64,000 nucleotides of DNA, taken from the NCBI RefSeq assembly GCF_009914755.1, contig NC_060933.1; one strand, given 5' to 3'. This DNA is from the human T2T-CHM13v2.0 reference genome, Homo sapiens. Below, piece after piece: positions 39,856 through 53,219 of this stretch. The position numbers were made by a program, and so were the translations under genes. A model generated the notes under the pieces. It did no database searches and was not told where the DNA came from. It saw only the letters and a program-made list of their open reading frames with translations. The first letter of the stretch is position 1. Each line of letters starts with the position of its first letter.

Positions 39856-40734
39856 AAATGGTTGCCATTCTTATTACCACAGAAAGGAACCTTAACTGGT
39901 CATTGCAAATGCATCTAACATAAAGTAATTAGCTATTATGGGCTCTTCCAACTAAACATGAATTTGGCAGCACATACTAAGTACTTACTGTGTGCCAGAC
40001 AATATTATTCCAGCACTGGGGCTACAAAGAATTCACAGTCTACAGGGAAAGACACATACAGAACTCTATTAACACTGAGAAGTACTGAAAGTAGGCCGAG
40101 GTCCCTGTGTGTAGTGGAACCAATAGGAGAAGCATCCAACCCTAACAGAAGAGGTGTCCCTTCAGCTGAGTTCTGAAGGATGATAGCAGTGGAGGAGAAC
40201 TGGGCACTTCAGGTAGAACTCACAGTCTACGCAAAGGCATGGATGCAGAAAGTATCAGGGCACACAGAGAGAAGAGTGTGGCTCAGATGACCACAGCCAG
40301 GCAAACCCACTGCCCAAAGGCTGAGGTCAGGGATGAAAATGAAGGAAGCAGACCACAGGGAGGTTTGGGTCTGCCACAGCTCCTTCTCTACTGTTGACAA
40401 GGTTCAGCTGAAAATCCGAGTTTCTTTGTACAACTTTCGCTATTAAAATGGCTGTTAACAATAATGCTTTAACGCCACTTTCTTAAACATTATGAGAAAT
40501 GCAGATAGTTCTATAACATATATATATATATATATATATATTCATAGCTAACTTTATGAAAGTATATATTTCATTTTGGGGTCCCTTACCTCTACAGTCT
40601 TTCCCATGACTCAGATTTACTTATTTTAAGGCAAAGATTCATGGCTTCCAAACATTTGAAAACTCAATTTCACAATGTTGAGAAGTTCACAACTAGTGAC
40701 AGTTATTTCTTTCTAATCAAGAAATGATCAGACA

Positions 40735-40770
40735 TTTATGCTGACTTTAAACTCAAAATATATACCAGAG

Positions 40771-40805
<35 letters not shown>

Positions 40806-41460
40806 ACAATGCACTCAGAATCTGACCACTTCTGGAGGCCTCTACTATTACCACCTGCCCGATAAGTGCAATAGCCTCTGGCTTATTGGTCTCCCTGCCC
40901 TGTCTGCCTTCATCCCAGCTTGTTCTCAACACAGCAGCCAGAGTGACCCTGCACAAAATGTTGTCAGAATATATTTCTCCTCCACTGAAAGCCTTCCAAA
41001 TGGCCCCCTATCTCAGAGCAGAAGTCAATGCCCTTATAGAGAGACTCCAGATCTACAACTACCTGCTTCCAATCTTACCTCTCTGACCTCACCTGCCTTG
41101 CTTATGTCTCTCCAGCTGGAGAGAAAGGTATCCATTATTCTCTCTGCAATGCTGTTTACACTAGCTATCCACATAGATCTCTGTTATCTCCCTCCCTTCC
41201 TTCAAGTCTTTGCTCAAATATCACCTTTCTCAGGAAGGCTTTCTCCGGTCCACCTTATTTAAAATTGCAACCTCTCTGCACCGCAGAACTCCCTATCTCT
41301 TTTCTCTCCTTCATGCTTTTCCATAGCCCTTCTCATCTACTAACATCCTATCTCATTTACTTATTTTGTTTATACTATGGCTCCCTCTTCCAGAATGTAA
41401 TCTCCACAAGGGCAGGGAACATTGTCTCTTTTGTTCCCTGCTGTAATCCCTAGCCTAACC
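40735..41460 (+). mobile_element. L2a 3' region with (TG)n at ~40772-40804
   Basis: ttctcaacacagcagccagagtga...gctcaaatatcacctttctcaggaaggct...cagaatgtaatctccacaagggcaggga. Confidence 0.8.
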
Positions 41461-44400
41461 CAGTTGAGGTGTGGGGGCAGTGCAGAAAGCAAACCACCCA
41501 CGGTCCTGTGGAGGAACTGGGTCTCCCTGGGATTTCCATGTCTCCATCTTCTTTGCCCCTGGTTCATACTGCTCAGCTAAAAAAGGTTTTGGAGGAAAAA
41601 CATTCTTTATGCAGCACAATCCATAAAAATAAAGCAGTGGGCAATAATAGAGCCCACTAATAGAACATTAGCAGGCTTGGCTGTCATCTTTGTTCTTAGT
41701 TAACATGAGCATTTCAGAGACATATTGAGGATCTATAGATTAGTGAGTGGCAAAATCATTTGCTTTCATTCTCTAGAGACTCATTCAATTAACCTTTATC
41801 TAAGAAGCAGTATATTATGTTCGCAGAATATTTGAGAGAGGTGTAACAAACACTAGTTTGCAGAAACAACTCCTTCATGTAACAGAAATAGGAACTGATT
41901 GATGGGTTCTGCCAGGGTGATTGATCGTCCTTTCTTCTGTCCAAATTTGCTAGCTTGATTTTACGTTGACATTTCTTATGCAGTTCTCTCTGCCATGGGT
42001 TAATGGGAACTGGGACCTAGAGAGCCTCTGAAACTCATTATCTTGCATCATGGATGTGCTTTATGTGAACATTTTTTCCAGAGCTAAGATTCTAACTATA
42101 ACAATGCTCACCTGCAGTGATGAACATCCACAAATGTTCCCTGGGCCAGGAGTAAGAGTCTCAATGTCTAAGGCAGCACACGTGAAATGACATTGAATGT
42201 TTGTTTTGGTGCTGATAGTAGACGGTTGCATACAGAAGTACAATAACTGAGAATACAACCTGGGCCCTTCTGTAAGCCCAACCGGGAGAAACATTACCTT
42301 AAATTAAATTGCTAATGGATAGTAGCAGGAATAAAGATGCCAGCAATAGCAACCCTCACCTTCAGAGCTCTTTTCCCCTTCTGTAAATTTTAACTAAAAT
42401 AGTAAAGGGGAAAAACTTCAACACCAAACCACAGAAGTGGAACATCTCAATCTCTGTGGCCATGGTATGCAGAAAACCCTGAGGAAAGGCCTGTTTCCAT
42501 GGCAAAGTATAACCACTACATTATATAGTGTGACACAGCAATAATACAGGGAGCAGGAGAAACACAGCGTTAAGTAGAGGTGACCTCTAAATACACAAAC
42601 GTACTGTAAGAAATATCCATAGGAAATATCATGGCATCTTTAATTTGGGATTAAACAGATGTATTTAGTTGATATTAAAATACATTCATCATGAAAACTA
42701 ATTTGTCTTTATTCTAAGCAAGTTATGGAAGAGGTGGAAAATTTTTGAAGGTAGGGCCAAAGGGAAACCCCAGAAAAGTCATGACTTACATCCATTTTCC
42801 ATTCTTTTTACTTCATGTATTGATTAGCTGTACTGTCTCAGAGTGAGATGGATTAAAAAACAAAACAAAACTGAAAGCAGCTGTTTCAAAAAAGGTTTAG
42901 AGTAAAAAATACACATTATGAGTGCAGTAAAGCTAGGGACCCACCGTGAAAAATCAGCTACACAAATTTCATTCCTAGCATAATGCTGATGCAAAATTTC
43001 AGTGCAGGGCATTTGCCAAAGGGAGAGGAGGGAAAGGTTTACTATGAAATCCTTTGAAAGGACAGTACATTAACTATTGAACACTTACTGTATGCTAGAC
43101 GCTGTAAGTGCGGCGAGGTAAAACTCTGAAAGCAAATCCCCCACAGGCAAGATGCAGTTTAGTGGGACAGAAGGATGAACCTGAACAATTATAAAACTGA
43201 TAGCAGGAAACACAGGTCTTTGCTCCTAGAGTGCTACTGAAGCAAAGGGAAAGGAACTATTGCCTCAGCATAGGTTTCTGGGAGATTACATGGATGTTGA
43301 GCGGTATCTTGAAAGATGGAGGAGCTCATTGTCTTTATGGAAATGGAAGAGTCCAGAAAAGGTGATGGGCATTTGGTCTGACCACACCTAGCCATTGTGA
43401 TCAGGTGATCTTCATTTCACATTCAGTGTCCTGCCTGGAAATTGTGCTCTGAACTTTTTTTTTTTTTTCAGTTTCCAAGAAACATAAATTTATTTTTTCA
43501 TGAAATGTGTGTTCAACCAAACCTCACTAACACAACAATATTTAGTTCATTTTCCCACTTATTTTAAATGGAGGCTTTCAACCAGAGCTTCTGAATTAGC
43601 AAGGACCGCTATACCACGTGATGAAAATCTAGCTAAGCATAAGCAGAACTGAAATTTTATATAGTTAGAACAGCTTTCTTGCGCTGAGATGGGAGCATTT
43701 AAAAACATTATTTTTTTGAGGCGGGGAGGAAACACTTAAAAAAGCTGTTGGTGATTTCATGGTTACCGGTCCTGGGCCCAGGGGCTCCACACCTCTTTTT
43801 GTTTCTCTTACTTCCTGGCAGTTCCTCCCTGTGTCTGGCTTTTCACCATCTCCCCTCCTGGGGAGTAGCCCTTGGAATACTATGGTTACAAGCAAAAGAA
43901 ACTTCCTGCTTAATTTGGAAAGGGCAATTTATTGTAAGGAATGGGGAACTCACTGGATTGAAAGAAAATCAAGAATTGGGTTTAAAAACAGTAGACACAG
44001 GGTGCTCTAGGGGACCAGGCAGCAGGAACTGATGGGCAATCTTTTCAGGATGCCCCTGCAGGGCCAATAAGCTCCAACTTTTTTTTACTGTTTTGTGACA
44101 TTTCATTCAAATTTCTGAGGCCTGGGAAAGAGACAGACAGTCCTCCTTGGACGATGTGGTTTGTTCTAAAAGAGGCAAGAATCCCTTCCCCCATTGGAAA
44201 TCAGGCTGCTGCACTGAAGGACATCCTCTTTCCTCTTCAAGGAAGTTCTTCTTCTAGAACTAGGGTAACATCCTTAAAGCAAACTTCCATTCAGGACTCT
44301 TGATGATGCTCTTTTTGATCAACATGATCAAAACTAGTTTCCGTGATGATCAAAGAGAGATGGAGTGCTTTTCCTGAAGCATTCAGGACATGTGGCTGGG

Positions 44401-44963
44401 GAGAGCAGTACCTTAAAGACCCACACTACAAGTGAGCATAACAGCACCAAATAACTAAGGAAGGGGAAACCCCAGTCTATCTGACAGGCAAAGGTGACCC
44501 TTGAACATTTTAAGGGTTTCAGGGTAGTGAGTTTCATCTAGACTTGTTGATATCTGGAATTTGGGTCTTTCATTACGAAAGACAAATTGTGAAGAAAGTA
44601 GGTATATAAGAAACCTGGAAAACGCAACCCAGAAGATGACAAGATGGCAGCATTGCAGAGGTGAGTTCATATCTGGTTCTTGGTTGGGTTAACAAATTCA
44701 CTATGTTTTGAGGAGAAGGATGCCTACTCTTACCACTCCTGTTCAACATGGTACTAATATTCCTAGCCAGAGCAAGCAGGCAAGAGAAAGAAATAAAAGG
44801 CATCCAAATAGGAAGACAGGAACTCAAACTATCTTTGTTTGCAGATGATATAATTCTACACCTGGAAAACAACACCCTCTCTCCAAAAGTTCCTATATCT
44901 GATAAATAACTCCAGCAAAGTTTCAGGATAAAAATTAATGTACAAAAATCACTAGCATTTCTG

Positions 44964-45001
44964 TATAAGTACTGCATGCTAACTGACTGCGCCACTGGAG
45001 C
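44964..45001 (-). pseudogene. Tailless retropseudogene of the 5' half of tRNA-Ile(UAU)
   Basis: Minus strand gctccagtggcgcagtcagttagcatgcagtacttata matches recalled GCTCCAGTGGCGCAATCGGTTAGCGCGCGGTACTTATA at 33/38 (4 of 5 differences are CpG transitions); 19-bp TSD at 44944-44962 and 45007-45025. Confidence 0.92.
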
Positions 45002-46378
45002 ATGCTAAAAATCACCAGCATTTCTAAACACCAACAATGTCTAAGCTGAGAGCCAAATCAACAACACAATCCCATTCATAATAGCCACAAAGAGAAGAAA
45101 ATACCTAGGAACACAGCTAACCAGAGAGGTGAAAGATCTCTACAATGAGAATTACAAAACATTGCTCAAAGAAATCATAGATGACACAAACAAATGGAAA
45201 AACATTCCATGCTCATTGATTGGAAGAATCAATATTGTTGAAATGGCCATACTGCCCAAAGCAATTTACAGATTTAATGCTATTCTTATCAAATTACCAA
45301 TGACATTCTTCACAGAATTAGAAAAAGCTATCTTAAAAATTATATGGAACCAAAAAGGAGCTCAAATAGCCAAGGCAATCCTAAGTAAAAAGAACAAAGC
45401 TGGAGGCATCATGTTATCTAACTTCAAACTATACTACAAGGCTACAGTAACCAACACAGAATGGTACTGATACAAAAACACATAGATCTATGGACACATA
45501 GACCTATGGAACACAATAGAGAACCCAGAAATAAAGCCACCCCCAAACCATCTGATATTCAACAAAGTCAACAAAAAACAAGCAATGGGGGAAAAGACTC
45601 CCTATTCAAAAAATGGTGCTTGGATAACTGGTTAGCCATATGCAGAAGACTGAAACTGGGTCCCTTCCTTACTCCATACACAAAAATCAACTAAAGATGA
45701 ATTAAAGACAAATGTAAAACCAAAAACTATAAAAACTCTGGAAGATAATCTAGGAAATACTGTCTGGACATTGGACTTGGCAAACATTTCATGATGAAGA
45801 TGCCAAAAACAAATGCAACAAAAACAAAAATGGACAAATTGGACCTAATTAAACTAAAGAGTTTCTGCACAGCAAAACACACTATCAACAGAGTAAACAC
45901 ACAACCTACATAATGGGAAAAATATTCACAAACTAAGCATTCAACAAAGGTATAATATCCAGAATCTATAAGGAACTTAAATTAACAAGCAAAAAACAAC
46001 CCTATTAAAAAGTGGGCAAAGGACATGAACAGACACTTTTCAAAAGAAGACATACACATGGCCAAGAAGCATATGAAAAAATGCTCAACATCATTAATCA
46101 TTAGAGAAATGCAAATCAAAACCACAGTGGGATACCATCTCAAGCCAGTCATAATGGCTATTATAAAAAGTAAAAAATAACATGCTGGTGAGGTTGCAGA
46201 GTGAAGGGAATGCTTAGACACTGTTGGTGGAAATGTTAATTAGTTCAGCCACTGTGGAAAGCAGTGAAGTGATTTTTGAAAGAACTTAAAACAGAAGTAA
46301 CATTTGACCCAGCAATTCCAATACTGGCTATATACCTAAAGTAATATAAATCATTCTACCATAAAGACACATGTACAT

Positions 46379-46748
46379 TGATATGGTTTGCCTATGTCCC
46401 CACCCAAATCTCATCTTGAGTTGTAGTTTCCATAATCTCCACGTCTTGCGGGAGGGAGCCCATGGGAGGTAATTTAATCATGGGGCGGTTACCTTCATGC
46501 TGTTCTCATGATAGTGAGTTCTCACAAGATCTAATGGTTTTATAAGGGGCTTTCCTCCCTTTGCTCAGCACTTCTCCTTCCTGCCGTCATGTGAAGAAGG
46601 ACATGTTTGCTTCCTCTTCCACCATGATTATAAGTTTTCCAAGGCCTCCCCAGCCATGCTGAACTGTGAGTCAATTAAACCTCCTTTCTTTATAAATTAC
46701 CCAGCCTTGGGTATGTCTTTATTGGCAGCATGAGCATGAACTAATACA
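46379..46748 (+). mobile_element. THE1C-like MaLR solo LTR
   Basis: tgatatggtttg...ccccacccaaatctcatcttg...gaactgtgagtcaattaaacct...actaataca; L1 sequence resumes on both sides. Confidence 0.94.
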
Positions 46749-48129
46749 CATGTGTATGTTCATTGCAACACTATTCACAACAGCAAAGACATGGAATAAA
46801 CCTAAATGCCCTTCAACAGTAGGCTGGCTAAAGAAAATGTGATACATGTACACCATGGAATACCATGCAGCCATAAAAAAGAATGAGATAATGTCCTTTG
46901 CAGCAACATAGATGGAGCTGGAGACCATAATCCTATGTGAACACGGGAACAGAAAACTAAATACCACATGTTCTCACTTATAAGTTCAAGCTAAACATTG
47001 AGTACACATAGACACAAAGAAGGGAACAATAAACACCAGGGCCTACTTAAGGGTGGAGAATGAGAGGAGGGTGAGGATCAAAAAGCTACCTATTGGGTAC
47101 TATGCTTATTACCTGGGTGACAACATAATCTGTACACCAAACCCATGACACACAATTTATGTATCTAACAAATCTGCACATGTTCCCCGAACCTAAAATA
47201 AAAATTAAAAAACAAAACGGAACAAGTTCACTGTGTTTGGGGTATGTAATGTATAAAATGGCATGTTACTCACCCCTTGTGTACATAGTCCTCAAGTTAC
47301 TTAAAGTTTATGAGCCATTATGAAACTCTGTAGGAATTCGTGTGATAGACTCGAAGGTGAAATCAATTAGGGAGCAAACAGACAAATTCCTTTGTCCATT
47401 TGGGTGGTCCCACATATCAGGCCATAGCTATGACGGAAAATGTTTCCTGACTTCCTCACACCGTTCACATTCCTCATTCTGAAACATTGTACCAATGTGT
47501 TCCACGCCGTGTTTCTCAACTTCTTCTTGAGCTTCCAACTTTGGGATCATAGGACCACTTTCCTGTTTGGGGTTTTACCTTTACACTTGACTTTGGTACT
47601 TACTTGCTCTCTGGCTTTGACCTTTGCATTCCTCCTTGAGTCCAAATCAGATTCCTACCAGTTACTACTTTCAGCTGTCTTGATTAGCACCCCAAGTCAT
47701 TAGGATTGGATTTGAACCCTATAATTTGGGTGACAAATGCTCCAGTCAGGTGCTGTGACCCCTCAGGATCCAGGCAATGACAAAGGTGCTTGCGTTACTT
47801 AAATGTTAATTCAGACAAGGCAGTTCAGTGGGGAGTCATCCCTTTGCCCCATGTGTGTCTTCTAGTGTTTATGCATAAACACTCTGTACTTTCCAGTAAT
47901 TTATCTCTCTTCTTTTACCATTTCATTAAACTGCCAGGCAATATTTTTGTATGCTTTCGAAAAGCTCTGTGAAGGCTCCTCTCAGTGATGGGTGAAATGA
48001 TTTCTAAAAATAACCTGCAAATCAATTTGTTCAGCTTGTAGCTTGTATAAATCTTGAAGTAAGGTGCTATTAAATGTGCAAAATAAAATATTTTAGTTTA
48101 GAATATGTTACTAATACCCTGCGAAAAGA

Positions 48130-48350
48130 GCCCTGGATTTAGAAAACAGGACTTGATAATCCTGGCTTTATGGATTACTGATTGTGTGGCTTTAGGCACA
48201 TCATATAACTTCTCCAGAGCCTCAGTTTCTTTGATTGCAAAATGAGAGAATAACATCTCCCTCATTGTATTGTGGCAAAGTACAATGAGAAAACATGAAA
48301 ATGGTGCCGATAGAAAGCTGGGTATCATTTGGTAGACTTACTACACATTT
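48130..48350 (+). mobile_element. MIR SINE
   Basis: tgtgtggctttaggca...gagcctcagtttctt...gcaaaatgagagaataac. Confidence 0.75.
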
Positions 48351-49681
48351 GTTAATCTTTGTTTGAACACAAAACCTAAAAGTGATTCCAAGTAGTCACT
48401 GGGGTATACGGAAAAGCTGTAGGAAAGTTTACTTTTTTAAAAGAGTTGCATAGAAGAAAAACAAATAAACAAACAAAGAAAAAGAAAAAAGCTGCATTTC
48501 AGTTAAGTTGATTAGAAAGAAAATTTCCTTAGAATGAGTTTTGTTTTTATCTTCATTTTAAGGACGCAAAGCAGAATGTGTTGCTGGTGAATAGCTTTCA
48601 TTTAGGAAATGCACTAGGAGTGCATTTGCAGAAATTTTTGAATATTATTTTACTGATATAAGTTTCTTATGTGGCCCCAACATACATGTCTTTCCCTAAG
48701 CCAGAGGAATGCCTCTTATTTTGCATGTCCCTGGATGTCATGCTCAGAGATACCAGAATTTAAATTCTTTTAGTCTGTTACTTGAATAAATACAGTCTCA
48801 TAGTGTTAAGCTCAAATTGTTATTGAGTACACAATATATATTACCTCAGTCCAAATTTTACCCAAACATGAAACTTTAGATTCTATGAAACAGATTAATA
48901 TACATTTATCAAAACTCTAAATTTATAATGAAAGTCCCTTTGCTGAGAGAAAAACCAGCATATTAAGCATTGCTTTAATCCCCAGCTATTTTCCTAGTTG
49001 TTTTACTTTTATTATTTCATCACATTTTCAATATGACAAATATCATCATTGCCATTTTACAGATAAGGTAACTGAGGCTGAGTGAAGTGAATTAAGTGGC
49101 CTAAGTTGTAAATGGTACAGCTTTCTTGGCTCCTTAGCCAGTGCGCTTCTCCACGGAGAAGTGTAGTGGTTACACCAGGACTCCCGAAGAAGGAAAAAAA
49201 GAGCAAATAAATCAGCCATTTATTCTACAATTCTGCTGTTTTGAGCTTTTCTCAAAAGGCCATATTCTTAGTTAACTCAATTTAGTCTCAATAAGATTGA
49301 TACAGCTCCTATGATTTGATATTCTGACTAGTAAGGGGAGCTGCTGAAAGCATTTTGGATATTAAGGAATTATTGGGCACTTCTTTCAACATGTCTGACT
49401 AATGCTCAGAATATTCATTTTCCTACAGAGTACGGGAGTGTGATAGATGACGTCATGTTTATTACAGTTTGCAGGGAATAAATGCCACAGGCCCATTGAC
49501 ATGCTGGGGAAAGGGCTTGTCAGTGTGGCACATCTAATATAATCTTCATCATAAACAATGGCCTCCACTTCTGGCCATGTCCAATGTGTAAGGCCCTCAC
49601 CTGGATCTGATATTTTCTCCTGCCCAGCACCTACCTCTCCTCTTTTTAAAATAGCATCTCAAGTGTCTTAGAGGCTCTCTC

Positions 49682-50181
49682 TGTTTGGGTTAATTTTAAG
49701 TGATACATAAAATTGACTGGGCCAAGGGATGCCCAGATAGCTGGTTAAACATTACTTCTGCGTGTGTCTGTAAGGGTGTTTCTGCAAGAGATTAGCAATG
49801 AGTTGGCAGGCTGAGTAAAGCAGATAGCCCTCTCCAATGTGGGTATGCATCATCCAAACTACTGAGTGCCTGAACAGAATAAAAAGGCAGAGGACAGAGC
49901 TGGAACCTTGATCTTTTACTGCCCTCAGTGCTCCAATTCTTAGGCTTTTCGAATTTCCAGACAGACACCAGCTTTTCTGGCTCTACAGCTTGTAGATGCC
50001 AGATCATGTGATTTCTCAGACTCCATAATTGTGTGAGCAATAACCTAATATCTTATAGTAAATCTCTCTCTCTCTGTAGCTTTATACATGTAGCTTTATA
50101 CAAACACACACACACGCGCATGCATACACACACACACTTCTCCTATTGGTTCTATTTCTCTGGAGAGCTCTGACTAATACA
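49682..50181 (+). mobile_element. MLT2B-like ERVL solo LTR
   Basis: ttgactgggccaagggatgcccagatagctgg...cctattggttctatttctctggagagctctgactaataca. Confidence 0.88.
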
Positions 50182-50625
50182 CCCTTTCTCCTACTGTGGG
50201 TCCGTTTGATTTAGTAGGGGATGGATCCCACCCTCGGCTTCACGAGGATGCATGACTCAGGCTCATTCAGTAAGTAGGCCCCACCTCTGGGCTGTAGGGC
50301 TTGCAGGGACTGGTAAGAAGCTGGATACTTGACTCAAACTGGTGAAATGCTGAGACTGTTGGAGGAAGCACTGGAAACAGGGGTTGTCTTTCCTCTGGGG
50401 ATGGTAAGCTGATGAGATGTAAGCTAAGATCTACTGGTGGCTTTCTTGTTTACTGTACAAGGAACCTGCCTGAGAATAGAACTAACTGACAGAAAAGCAA
50501 AGTTGAATGCAGAAGACACACAGAAAGAGGTAAAGGCCAAATGGTACTGCCTGAGGCCTCCTTAGATCTAGCCATTCTGTAGCTACTGGACAATTCAGTT
50601 TCATAAACTACTGTGGCTTTTCTCT
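50182..50625 (+). mobile_element. Old MLT1 (K/L-like) LTR remnant
   Basis: gcatgactcaggc...gatgtaagct...cctgcctgagaatagaac...ttagatctagccat. Confidence 0.6.
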
Positions 50626-51379
50626 TTTTTCCTTTTTGCATAAATGAACACAAGTGATTCTGTAGGCTTTTATATATTCAGTCTGGTTCCAAATCCTTTT
50701 CCCCTATAATTCACTAGATTACACCTGATGCTGAATAATGAATGTGCACAGTACACAGTGGATTTCGATAGAATGGAAAAGTGGATCAGCTGGAGTAGTA
50801 CAGCCACCACTAAGGGAGGCGTATTGTGTGTGTGCGTGTGAGAGAGAGAGAGACAGAGAGAGAGACAGAGAGAGAATGTGTATTGGCAAAAGAAAAAGAC
50901 AGTGTCACATTCAAACAACAGGTTCATATGATAATTAGTTAAATAATGAAAACCTTTGAAGCTGCCCAAGATAATTTCAGGCCCCAGACGTCCAGCACAA
51001 GGTGTTCCACTCAATTTTAGTCCACTGGCAACACTGAAACATCCTCCTTTGAAGGTGTGAACAAGAAAGGATGAGAAGAGCCCTCACAAATATAGGATGC
51101 ACCTGCATGTAAGGGAAACTTTGGAAGGGTCTTTAACTACCTCAACCAAAAAAGGAAGTTCAATAGACAAAGGCCTCCAAGGATTGAACAATGCACAGTG
51201 TAGCCACATGCCAGCCCCCTGAGACTCACACTAGTGGGGCTCCCACAGGACAGGGCCAGGCTGTGAAATCTCCCATGGGCAGAAAAGAGATGTGAAGAGA
51301 AGAGGCTATCAGAAAATGAAGAAAAGGACCATAGGGAATCAATCTTTGGAAAAGCAGGGCTCAAGGTGACTGAAGACCA

Positions 51380-51690
51380 CAGTGATGGTTGTGTTCATTT
51401 GCCCTCAGTCATCCATGCACTACCATCATGGTTTTGCCATAGCTGGGTTCTATCTCTGCGATTATTAACCTAGTACTTTAAGAGTAGTTTAAAGGACTCA
51501 CTTTTCTTTCACTTCCTCGTTGCTTCTAAGCAATAACTTTTGAGAAATGGGTTTATTTCTCTGGTTAAAAGTACAGAACCAGTTATATACTTTCCTAGTA
51601 TATGTTAAAATAAGCATATAATCATTAAAAATGTTTGTGGTACCACCTAAAATCTTTTCAAATGTCACAGTACTGGATTCCACTCATTGG
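51380..51690. mobile_element. MER113-like hAT remnant (a similar remnant lies at ~62560-62980)
   Basis: tcagtcatccatgcactaccatcatggttttgccata...gtaccacctaaaatc...ttgggcaacact. Confidence 0.5.
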
Positions 51691-52509
51691 GCAACACTAG
51701 TATATAGGACAAGGACTGGAGTTCAAGTCAAGAACAAGGATGAGGATAAAAGTTGCTTCCCTTGAGATGCTGATATTGTCCAGGGATATCAGTTTCATCA
51801 CTGCTTTCCTGAAAGCTCTACCCCTCCCCTCTGCTCAGGGCACTCCAATGCCTTTATACTACAAGGGAAGATTGTTTGCAAGCAAACACTGGAATTATAA
51901 AAATGAGTAAAATGGTCAAATGTGGAGCTTTTAACAAGAGGTAAGTATATTATTGTTACCTCCTGTCTTCAGAAAGGGCTAAAGAATGACCAAGGAGTTC
52001 ACTGCATTAACCTATCTGTAAAAGCAGTAGATACCAAATGTCATACTTATGTCATAGATGAATGGCAATTATGTATGCATAACTAAAAGTATAATTTAAA
52101 AAATTCTCTCAAGGCTTATCAGGAAACCACATTAAGCAGAACAAGTCATGTATCTTTAAAAGCCATGAACTATGTTGTCAAGTCACAAAACAGTTGCCAC
52201 TTGAACTCTGGGAACAGACTTTCAAAGACAGATTTCTACAGGTTTTTTTCCACTAGAATTTTACAGACACTAATAATGACCTCACTAGATTTTCTTTTGA
52301 TTCATGCTAGAAAAAATAGACTGTAATTTAGATATTGTTTGAAGATGGACTGTAATACCATACGACAAAATTGAAGCCACCTTATTAGTTTTTTTTGGTC
52401 TTTAAATTTCATGTTTAGCTTCACTGTGGATAAAATATGCCAGCAGTAAAACATGAAACACGGCCTTCTCTTTGAATTGCAAAGAAAAGATGCTTTATTT
52501 ATTTTGTGA

Positions 52510-52760
52510 CTTCAGGTGGAGTAATGGTTTCTCATCCTTCCAATAATCACTCTTTATTCACTCAGCCTGCTTTATTTTTCTTCCTAGCACTTGTCACTAT
52601 GCATCACATTCTTATTTGCTGTGTTTATTGTCTCCTTCCTCCACCAAATGTAAGCTCTTTGAGGGCAGGGACTTTATATTAGTCATGTAGTCTCCCAGCA
52701 CCTAGCAAAATGCTCAGTACATAGGAAGTGCTCGATAAAAATTTGTTAGATGAATGAATG
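52510..52760 (+). mobile_element. L2 3' terminus
   Basis: aatgtaagctctttgagggcagggact...cagcacctagca...cataggaagtgctcgataaaaatttgtt...tgaatgaatg. Confidence 0.85.
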
Positions 52761-52997
52761 TTGATTAATGACCAAACGTTTACAATTAGCAAATTGTCTC
52801 ATTTTTCAAGCTTTACTCATCAGCTTCAGATCCAAAAAATACATACTTGTTAGCCATTTAACCTTAGGCAAGTCACTTAACCACATAACTTCTAACAGGT
52901 TGTGTTTCTGTCCATAAAATGGGGACATTATTGACTGATAGGGCATTTGTGAGCATAAAATGAGGTAACATCCATGAAAGTGTTGGTTTGTCTATCT

Positions 52998-53219
52998 TTT
53001 ATTTATTTACTTATTTATTTTTATTATTATTATTCTTTAAGTTCCAGGGTACATGTGCACAATGTGCAGGTTTGTTACATATGTATACATGTGCCATGTT
53101 GGTGTGCATATACCCAAAGGATTATAAATCATGCTGCTATAAAGACACACGCACATGTATGTTTATTGTGGCACTATTCACAATAGCAAAGACTTGGAAC
53201 CAACCCAAATATCCATCAA
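52998..53219 (-). mobile_element. Short L1PA (PA4-6-like) with 5' inversion (twin priming)
   Basis: Antisense 3' end 52998-53107 joined to a sense L1 piece 53108-53219; TSD tggtttgtctatct at 52984-52997 and 53220-53233. Confidence 0.93.

Larger units (their letters stand above)
44711..47220 (+). mobile_element. 5'-truncated L1PA15/16-like element carrying nested tRNA-half and THE1C insertions
   Basis: ORF2 remnants (45129-45470, 45461-45694) and 3'UTR; TSD aacaaattcactatgtttt (44691) / aacaagttcactgtgtttg (47221). Confidence 0.93.

Noticed and set aside
40738-41262. Longest ORF in the track (174 aa)
   Set aside because: Runs through a (TG)n tract and an L2 remnant
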